Below are positions 44,801 to 50,700 of a stretch of DNA of 64,000 bases, piece after piece. How positions within the stretch are numbered: the stretch's first letter is position 1; each line of letters begins with the position of its first letter. Made by a program: the position numbers and the translations under genes. The DNA is taken from positions 13,088 through 77,087 of the IMG/VR virus record IMGVR_UViG_3300034418_003613; one strand, written 5' to 3'. The notes under the pieces are model-generated. The model ran no database searches, was not told the DNA's origin, and saw only the letters and a program-made list of their open reading frames with translations. This DNA is from a virus.

Positions 44801-47721
44801 CTGCAAACCTTAGGTTAAACGATCAAACCTTTAATGACTTTGGAGTTACCAAGGATGATATTGGTCAATATAGAACTCAGTATGTAATTTCTGCATTGAT
44901 TACAGCAATGACGGACAACGCCAAAGAACGTCTGGCAGCTAAGCTTGGTTTGAATAAAAACGCATTATCTGTAGTAGCTAACATGACAGCATTGGGTGTA
45001 CCTATTAAGACATCTATTCTTCTTGTTAACCATCCTATTATTAGAGCTCTCTATTTTCAGGCTATAAATAAAGAAAAAAAGACTTCTCCCGGAATTGCTA
45101 CATTAGTTTCAGACCGAATGAGCGATCTTATTAAGGCTTATCCAGAACTGGAAGAAAATATACCTCAAGTCAATGATGATCTTTTAATTCAAGAGATAGA
45201 TAAGAATAGATCTTTGATGACGGTAGAGACTCTCACGAAAGCAGTAAAAGAAGAAGAGGAGATTACAAAAAGTGACGTTGCTGAGGAATATGCTATTCTA
45301 AAACAGTTTCAAATAGCTCATAACATCAAAGAGTATACTAGTAATATTGGAGCGATTCTAAGTCTTACTAAAGGGTTAGGTCAAGATCTGACTAGTGTGG
45401 ATGAAACTCATCAACAAATTGAAAACTTAGGTTTATATCTTGATTCCAAAGATTATGCTATTTATGAAGAGACTAGAATTAAAAGCCAGCTTCCTGCTAT
45501 AGATGTAAGACCTCTTATGAAAGACACATGGCAAGGAAGGTTTTTAGAAATCTTTAATGAGATTAACGATACTGTTTTGCCTGCGGTCATGCTTACTCGG
45601 ACACCAATCTTTAAACAGGTATACTTTAATCTACTCCGTAATATTGATAACTATAAAGCGGCAAGAGATACTAGATTTAAAGACAAGTTAAGGGTAGACC
45701 TTTTAGCGTATCTAACTATCAAGGGGTACGAGCATAACATGATGGAGGAAGATTCAAAGCATGCTGGATCTTTAAATAATAGTATGATATACCCACAGCT
45801 AGAGGGGGAGAAAATTACAAACGTAGTTGAAAAGTTAAGAAAGGAGTATCCTGGAAACTTCTTCTTAGAGAGTTTTGTAATTCTAAACCGAGCACGTCAG
45901 GAGGGTAATAAGATAGGTATTGATGCAGCTGAGGCTAATACATTTAACAGAATGAGTGATTCTGATAAGATGGAGCTACAGACATCCTTTGCCATAATCT
46001 ATGGTGATCCTGAAACAAGACCTGAGGCAATGAAGCTTATTCATTACATGATGGTCAAAGATGGATTGTCATACAGAAGCGGAAGCTTACTAGATGCTAT
46101 TACACCATTTACATATGAGAAGTTTTTGAATCAGATCAATACTGTTCAGAAAGCTGTAGGTAAAGATAGTACTGCTGAATTGTTTAGCGGAACTTTTGGT
46201 ATGTCTCTGGATGAGTTGACTAGAGAATTCATACAAGGTTACATGGGTCACGTTAGTACAAAAGATAATCTTGCTACTATTAGAAGTGGTGTAAAAATCT
46301 ATAATCCTTTCCAAGGTAAAGTGGAAGTACAATCTAAGATTTATACCCCTCATCAACTTGAACGTAATGAGAATACTCTGTACATCTTTGGTGATAATGC
46401 TGCTCAGAATGGTCTCGAAGGAAATAAAATAGCTAGGCAATATGGTAATAGCTTTGGCATTCCTTATAAGAAGCTTCTCTCAGATGCAGAGGGCACCTAC
46501 TATACAGATGAAGACATTGACGATTACACTGTAATGTTGGAAGAGACATTCGATGTCTTAGAGCGTTTAATGAATCAGTATGATACTACAGTTTTCCCAC
46601 AATATATCATACCTAAAAGTGAGCTCAAGAATATTGAGAAGAATAGCCCTAAAGTTTTTAAAGAACTAAAGGCTGCATTAAAGGTAAGATTTGGTTATGA
46701 TCTTCTTGGGAGTAAGAGCAAGCCTAAGCCGGCACAAAAAGCTAAGGGTTATGTCTATATAGATAAGAGTACAGACACATCTAGATTGATTATGAGTGTG
46801 AAACCTGGTATGCAACCTTTAGTGACAGATCAAAGGTTTGCTAGACGCCGCGTTTCAATAACAGGTTCTGATCAAAAACAGAGAATGAAGAATGAAGCCA
46901 AGATAGATGAAGCATTTTCTGGACTAAATGGTTTTGGAACTAGAAATGTTAAGTTAAAACTGAAGGATAAGGATTCTTACTTTAAAGAGTTTGTAGTAAA
47001 AGAGATAATAAGAGTTAATATAGGTAGTAAAGATGCACCAAAATATGTATATTTTAGATTAGCAAAGTTTCAAAGTGCTGTAGAGCCTACACCTAATATG
47101 TTACCTAGTGCTAACTATGCTGAGTATGTTGAGTTTGATCCAGAATTTTCTAGAGGTCAATGGGCTGGTGGTTTTATGTTTGGTGAAAGCGTATCTAACA
47201 AAGACATACAGAAGTATATTAAGGAAAACAATGATGGGCTGGGTACTATTCTTGATGAGGATATAGATGCTGCTTTAGATAACATTGACTTTGATGGAGA
47301 TCCTAGCCAGAATGCTGCTAGTAAGAATGCTGCTGATGGAATTAAAAGCGGTCTTCCTGTAGATTATGACGGTAAGAATGTTAATGTTGGTGGTAAACCT
47401 GCTGATCAAGTATCAGACAAAGATGTAGATGCGGCTGCTGATCAGGCTGCTGACCCAGAGAGAGACCCGACACCTGAAGAAATAGACGCAGGTAATGCTG
47501 CTCTTGCCAGTTTACTAGGTAATCTTGGACCATCAGATGAAACTACCTATCCTGAGTTAACAAGCTTCTGGGATGAAAACATTCAGCAGGATAAGGATGC
47601 CTTAGATAAGTTATCTAATCAAGGAATTAATAACTTAGAAGATTTTATAGATAAGTTTAAGAATGGCATTTATGCAAATGAGGAGGCTTATATAGATCAA
47701 ATTAAAAAGTGTATAATTTAA
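32899..47721 (+). CDS. Giant virion-packaged RNA polymerase polyprotein (crAss-type) with zincin metallopeptidase domain
   Basis: 4940 aa. Catalytic RIPSQ...SGADFDIDKLY (DFDID at 44116-44130, as in the phi14:2 gp66-type RNAP) and 'TDNAKE'. HEAFH..EEYLAD zincin at 39103. Confidence 0.9.
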   Translation: MDLPNEPNVEQDSKVPGAIDIPPSVPTDNFVFQPSDSWLDTPMTQEFTATLDPDYVAQIEHYKPIIDRYAPGSLANFNTPFPGQSVNQYNPVSQQTAPDISTAEGALRDLQMTLDQGMSVDAMGTVKQRKIQDPIFASRKASQFDRYYEHPKFAELGFHPYANNEQFYNTNSDIFDDMSRMSGQFGQLVGSGFISTYRSIGDLFDQDESYFTQPDLQTADEFEEAMAIGMSTREGVGAFANNLLLNSGYTVGIIGSIALEELVLAGLTAVTGGAGSAALAAGTARNVGRLGQVVANSFKLPRLAKATRQMLQTLNQTDNARDFWKATKSGEWGIMGTLFAPETMAAVKSLKTGKNAAQNLTNLAKAQNVFGGFYRDLRAVNLAFAESKLEGGMVYNQQIQNGLAIQEAKGDLSPEALDRVREGADRAAFGTIMMNAPLIYFSNRLVLDNALGGFNKSLGRLMNDKITGVGRKIIQTTKTIGKDGKIARDVFDIAEDGLKGYLKRMKAAGVKGSLRLGAGASLRYFAANVAEGIQEIGQEAIGFGTKQYYSNLINDPMYGGAEMVGTAISSAVDSQFSEQGVETFLSGFLMGGVVQGPQKLLFQGMPNLYTRVATPEKYKEYKENKKKFYDSLKETHNKAWNAMAEDPNAVFDPNKLNFLVQKEVAAEMKRSAYADDQFGFMDAKDFGKFQQMFTIMQNGTSDLFRKQLQDYLNLTDEELVQAFPVSKNEVKSGKLRERIQDMITQIDKTEEAYNKNKDKFENPFDPQKFDKDSREYRDEQLKQIAYEHARYLYMFTEDGFNRALERADTIYNELASDPILSKIAANDITVLLDQDTLAKEVETLMLEIATLEDTGENKKLKEQKLERLTKLQALYGILSDPENLTSKGVFDRRKINKVTKAFEAYVQYLADTKDGFVDRKRIQEVLKKIVDYKALKGRARVYDKAIQYLSNPKNLDDIVARQYEINKQIFKRNKSEYIERVKKYVNKNEANTLLNELVKLGVYPDAEQATEFLKTGDVRYLSIFFTEQGMVDPKFDRELYQQIVEKLDVYKQSTEVEEEQTAEEKEVSADTKKSTDKIDEVLDNAGVDAPRSQTFGSTKKVNPVGKTLLQKLYLKYRTNQANLAKKAKNWSSWLNTKEAQVANRAYEALKQMWYAEIEGKYKTQKALDAAYKSDKGFIKWLALQETNPDVIDILEESGLAFSDFYNTSTSEEVADTVDAESFDGEVVEGNIPGSSYVIVKYSTVDETGNPVTYYQIKTRDNKDLSDEIVKTAGISPGATFPTLNKASKARAKLEEEAPAATTFDFDGVEGLYRGATVTDENGKEYVITSSAKSIQKYKNLSLIPIDKVDLKGKERKEATIIVKPGKFKNNYELEKIGFEALPKNVSRLTLAEAVRAYGHQNRRGKANEESREDAGKRIDAIVETLTPEELGQLELVITRNPNGGEVIQDEFAYEDQEANPLISRVVELYTIGLRISDPDIQKKVNKALKEKGIEKSDSSEGFFAYMPNSNVQIRNAEGKVIDPRQIDDQTAKNTFFSTLPVPNALSIIRDNFTIQKNLIRFVAEKLGDADSVTIPYSELEQSGNFSIVRNNGSFDLNSDPKSLKDLAYHTVDGNIIILDNRKFASKEGEVTRRTDIKTNIDDVDQEPTNEKLKEMLGESLYNKARNMGAYVAIIKSPNGQYTLAELKPTQATEEEAVGLFEELVKRAAQTRQENLSDPEDITSDRKDLSYNVEWNKDFKTRLYIKTKPGFDVQIQVDPSGKISLNVYDKNKEEPVLKHTKKSKGKEGKPAPIVFHHSAIETIVDSGDYAAALDNLFDTFNQQEAAKALGLKLEKSNISKSFEKQADVDTIIENTTTTLDDRVRFNYRLTLQQDSADIEAGRNVPDQVDESNKETKEEQKDNETLEEKIERMSQENEAASNEAAETEDPEVQNELSIKELKALKKARRLEIIEEQKNLPKDQRQKNLNKYIQNDPEIKRLTNLIANNSANKIVSPNLSFSDVEDINVFKSWAENALPDFISIDDITTLGDNLKAGGVRVGAFVLDLHDIAGNTTVKGTIYTGASNPFRYHEAFHSVFRLLLTDQEIDKYLGIARREVREKLRREGKNFKTELEKFRNSADTYTNMSEARLIQEYYEEYLADQFELFKTNPRATQTSSENKSLFTRILEWIRAVLGNYTKNELTELFENIDAGKYKSASTVINRFTDAAIQGVTIQANALLPYDEIKSDDGTSYKLYISAEAASSLVRSMSAIYIQREENNTDPNKTRDNLLDEVIEDFQKLYDWQDPMNEDLDPDQIDSMLNYESVFVGYRDALKRSLKKYLALVDISFDEQIYVAEQKEDNEGLRGVDDWDKDASLIGGFSSLSASLRRFIMSTTVAESDVFGHTEVKKGEKLIVPVNFNEAYNGLLKAVRSTTDPGALLRQMYLFGQNNPQTEAVVNRLFSAIGVTYEQILTEENWESGVKRPLFFNSVIKGLENFRVDYLFIHRDSGSGRIYTYSAANRDDANTQIDRWGQAYSRLYRDKLRVDGAFRTEAVNFLDRFYRQLGKNPKSMTDQKLDEEVRKLQTGFREYLGIQLSRQYLELHFINRLQNLTDNQTLRKKEFKDVVTLDQEDVSNMKAAVENNEYLFSTSDTGMQGVLKRISLSNAPFDETVGASVFKNANGDLVFAHQKPTLHLKKVAALNGVDKLEELREKEEIEGVRYLENNYLLNDPAFKEMSLERRLKVTRVSGSKVGKIEAGEDGIEEQGRSEGKTYGDFTAKEFAAALVNAYTNTFNATTGRLDGEITIINDEGKEEKVAVAPVLIRVIEASNTGDMMELPVIKAVELAKNGRVELTDKAMQAFVDNIKNEFKRIQTEISRNPADKRNIEDYYKTEEGKEVGRSVTFHENGTLLQPAKEIDVYSRSATFVTSATAIERLREGTQKALLYAEDTARDVIKFLDTDESRQAFIQEYKNEKNRIETVVNNLGKVKVTKENREAMIELLGDAISNEETDQYKYSYTLGTATYYLESRDLARFLEGRKSMYVYVLSDESFAGTKESEADQALEEVGLTPNNLRDYKTEIEEAIRENPELSFEEVIESLGGMESFEEFLRYRLDMEFKNFRDRAKSLMPESEYSKYITSGLTTKAGVSSGETALSAKRLNLVEGNLEHNLKQIFFNDFINTRAINQILLGDPSISLKDAVDAVKRAKMQNAAYDSAASIISAPEYGVEHPVQQMNLFGFTEPKVAATHNPGDVTKNADAQLWLTLKSFRYMWFGLGKLSATQAQLLDRIEKGEDIPYEELLGNADKSNESFAKVKAMLNSKKFVYGDGKVFVKMSAFTLTKSFTSRQDENGNWVPRANKLALHNLRVKMEQFEEAQWDNGNGVGTIAMAAPVSALKMMKENIQSIDSVLATDTPFTAEQSMQLDANFMGLQTVNPSNKLIITDPNQIKTIVTSEQKDDTEVILNDELTTIGKIRKKYNKAIRDRVSLRYATKRNLIFDFDVEYAMEALGRSKKSGKIEPDLYVYLQYARSALEASNSTSNILEMFSVDKNGQQKYNLNNPQTVKKFEQLFLSFFSKGVFAEKTTGMSVALVSDYGARVYRRVFSVDENGMPDKHEVIRENVWEQMSDKPDVVFNIDDGEKAQDDKNLTGLAAAIKKAGSKGVVIIDRLRSNLKEYDSKGKYTGQRYSEGMLPAHYTEVGDLIANSDRPIPDVVAKMFGVRIPSQDNHSTINIKLVDFLPGFYGSSGIFSRELIEISGADFDIDKLYIQSKNFYVKDDEFIEYGKAKTKNGQYQDYITAMNASVKKPGSDLTQALDRFRRFGGKRQFTKAQRDKLLKAGFTENALKALSATGLPITYAEYQDHKENYGEPYEEAIDNDVLDYKFALMGNEYVTNTPDAEVPISYEPADLKPLTETLKKLAEEVPYFKNIIDNEQMDVDNLLGKLLSFAANKEGAANIGSVVLPNLYLNLLQEYDVKIKHIKQGGQTITANLRLNDQTFNDFGVTKDDIGQYRTQYVISALITAMTDNAKERLAAKLGLNKNALSVVANMTALGVPIKTSILLVNHPIIRALYFQAINKEKKTSPGIATLVSDRMSDLIKAYPELEENIPQVNDDLLIQEIDKNRSLMTVETLTKAVKEEEEITKSDVAEEYAILKQFQIAHNIKEYTSNIGAILSLTKGLGQDLTSVDETHQQIENLGLYLDSKDYAIYEETRIKSQLPAIDVRPLMKDTWQGRFLEIFNEINDTVLPAVMLTRTPIFKQVYFNLLRNIDNYKAARDTRFKDKLRVDLLAYLTIKGYEHNMMEEDSKHAGSLNNSMIYPQLEGEKITNVVEKLRKEYPGNFFLESFVILNRARQEGNKIGIDAAEANTFNRMSDSDKMELQTSFAIIYGDPETRPEAMKLIHYMMVKDGLSYRSGSLLDAITPFTYEKFLNQINTVQKAVGKDSTAELFSGTFGMSLDELTREFIQGYMGHVSTKDNLATIRSGVKIYNPFQGKVEVQSKIYTPHQLERNENTLYIFGDNAAQNGLEGNKIARQYGNSFGIPYKKLLSDAEGTYYTDEDIDDYTVMLEETFDVLERLMNQYDTTVFPQYIIPKSELKNIEKNSPKVFKELKAALKVRFGYDLLGSKSKPKPAQKAKGYVYIDKSTDTSRLIMSVKPGMQPLVTDQRFARRRVSITGSDQKQRMKNEAKIDEAFSGLNGFGTRNVKLKLKDKDSYFKEFVVKEIIRVNIGSKDAPKYVYFRLAKFQSAVEPTPNMLPSANYAEYVEFDPEFSRGQWAGGFMFGESVSNKDIQKYIKENNDGLGTILDEDIDAALDNIDFDGDPSQNAASKNAADGIKSGLPVDYDGKNVNVGGKPADQVSDKDVDAAADQAADPERDPTPEEIDAGNAALASLLGNLGPSDETTYPELTSFWDENIQQDKDALDKLSNQGINNLEDFIDKFKNGIYANEEAYIDQIKKCII

Positions 47722-47724
47722 GTT

Positions 47725-50700
47725 ATGGCTAGATGTCCAAATAGAAATACCCCGGAGTATAAAGCGTTGATGGGAGTATTTAAAACTAACCTGGCGACAG
47801 ATAATGTTATCAATGCCTGGCAAGATTTGAATAAGAGTGAGGCTTTTCCTACAGTAGAGGAGGCTAATGAGTTTATGAGCCGAAACAAAACTCTATATGC
47901 GTTAAAGCAAAGAGAGTTTGGTGAGGCTCTATTAGGTAATCTTAGCAGGCTTAGGTATATCAGCCGGTACAAGGACAAGTACTATGTCAATAACTCTGCT
48001 ATCTCCACCTGGGATAATGAAACTTGGGAGTTCAACCAGAAAGAGTTGGAGAAGAATCTTACTCTTATTAAAAGATACCTGCGTGTAAATAATATTCCAG
48101 AGGCTGCTGTAGAGATCAGAAAGACAAAAAGGAGTTATGAGATCTCAGTCAAGGATAATATGTTCTCACCTAGAGATATCATAGAGATAGAAAAGCAGAG
48201 AACATCTCCACGTTCTCATGCACTTCTTGAGCATCTAACAAAAATCACCCCTGGTTTGAACATTGCTGTAATGACAGTTGGTGAGGCAAGAGCTTTCTAT
48301 GAGTCATTACCAGAGGAGCAGAAAGCTAATGTACCTTTTGATAAGGTCAAGTCTTTCTTTGTGAAGGATCAGGTTATCCTTATTAAGGGAAGAACTAGTA
48401 ATGAAACAGCAATAGAAGAAATACTTCATCCATTTGTTGACGGACTACTAATTGATAACCCTGAGCTATTTGACTCTTTATTAAAAGAAGCCAAGACAAA
48501 CTTTCCTGTACTCTGGCAAACTATTCAAGATTCATATTCTGATCGTAGAGGGTTTACGCTGCAGCACAGAAACTTAGAATTAGTTACACAAGCACTTTCC
48601 AGGCACTTCAATAAAGAATTTGAGACCACTCCAACCAAGTCTTTTAAAGAGAAGATCAAAGAATTCTTAGAATGGTTTGCTAGCATAATCAAAGACTTCA
48701 ACAAGTATCTTACTGGTGTAGACTTAGTTATCAAGCCTAGTATGATCAAACCCAATGCAACTTTAACTGATATAGCTAAGCTGATAAATACATCAGATAT
48801 TACTCTTCAGGTTGATAGGGTTGCTGATTCTAAAGTCCGCTATAGTCTCTCTCCTGAAATGCAGTCAACTCTTGATTATGCATTAAGACAAAGCAATGAG
48901 TTACAACAGGCTGTAATAAAACGCATGTTTAATGCTGCTATGCTAGCTGAGACGGAGTTTGATAGTCTTACAGTTAGTGATGCTAATCCTTCAGAGACTA
49001 GCAGTCTTGTAGCTTTTCATGAGGCTGATCATTCCTATATGGATATAGTAAATGGTGAGCCTTATCTCTCTACTACTACAGCAATCAAAGGTAAGATGGA
49101 CCCGGAGAAAGAAGCTGAGGTCCAACTTAATCTAGATATAGGGAATGAGTTTGACATGATGCTTACTGCTATTGCATCAGATAAACTATTTGAAGATATC
49201 AAAGATCAGATCAAACTTCTTGATCCAGTCAAAGCAGAAGCTGCATATTCAACCTTGCATGCAATGTATAGGGCTGTTACACCTGAAGGAGCTGTGGCTA
49301 TTCCTCAGGTTGTCTTGCATGATAGAGAAAGTAAGATTGCCGGACTTGCAGATCTTATAGTTATTACTAAAGAAGGTAAGATCAGAATTGTTGATCTAAA
49401 GACCAGCAAAAACTTTGTTAGAAATAATGAGAGTTATGATGGTACAAAATGGGACTTACCATCAACATCACTGTTAAAGAGAAAAGGTTTTGACAAACTC
49501 TCAACTAAGCAGCAACATAACTTACAAGTGGCTATCTATAGAAGGATGGCTCAGAACATGGGTTATGAGGTTGACCAAAGTGAGTTTGCTTTAACTACAA
49601 TCCACATCAAAGTTGATATAGAAGGTAAAGGAAAAGACCAAAAGTTCTTGGGAACATTCCAGGTAGATGATCTAGTACCTCATGCACCAAGTCAGAATCT
49701 AAATATGGTGAACGCTCTTGTTCCCTTATTTGTAGATCCCGAGGTTAAGGAAGAGCTAGATGAAGAAGCTTTACTTTCTGATGATACACCAATTGATGAG
49801 AAGACCTTCTTAGATGAGGACGAAGCTAAGATGGATATGCTTGATTCAGCTGGTCTAACTGAGTATGCTGTAATTGGTGGTGCACTGGAAGCCTACAAGG
49901 GTGCTCTTATTAAGAAGCAAAAGGCTCTTGAAATGATCCGCAGTAACATCTTTATGGACAGAAGTAAAGATGAGACTAGAGAATATATCTTCAACTCAAT
50001 TGCTGCTATTTCTTTAGCCCGATCACAAGACGGGAAGGTGCAGAGTGCCTTATTTACACAGCTCTTGAAAGACGGTCTACGTGAGGTTAGAAAGTTTGTC
50101 CAGTTTATTGAAGACCCACAAAACTTTGGTAAGCCCGAGTATATCAGCTATGCTCTGAACTTTGATAGATTTATTGAGACATATAGAGGTCTGTATAGTT
50201 TACAAGATACCGGGGATCTTAACGCTACCCAAAGAAGTTTGATTCTAAACTTTCAGATAGAGCTGAATAAACTTAAGGGTGATAAACAAACTGAAGGCAT
50301 CATTGATGAAGCTATTACCAACTATAGTAGAGAGATAGTTAAGAGTACCTCAAGTAAAGAGTTTACTGAGGCAGAGCTTGATGACCTCTTTACTATGGTT
50401 CAAGATATAAGCTACCTTGAGTATCAGACCGGAGATCTTGCTACATCCAAGGATACAATCTTGGCTGTGATGGACAAGATATACAAGGCTAAGAAACAAG
50501 AGCTTCTAGATAAATTAGAAACCAGAGACGCTTTAATACGTCAGAAGGCTGCCCGTTTACAACGCTTATCTCCAAATACAGATCCTCAGGAACTATATAA
50601 GTTCATGATTGAATTTGATGAGGATGGAGTTCCAACAGGAAGTTATGTCCAAAGACTTGGTAAGAACTACTATGGTAAGTTACAAGAGTTAAGAGAAAAG

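Noticed and set aside
49018-49032. HEADH as a second HExxH zincin site in the 1883-aa protein
   Set aside because: The context F-x-E-x-x-H-x-Y...S-x-T-T fits the usual N-terminal element of phage PD-(D/E)xK exonuclease domains, not a zincin helix.
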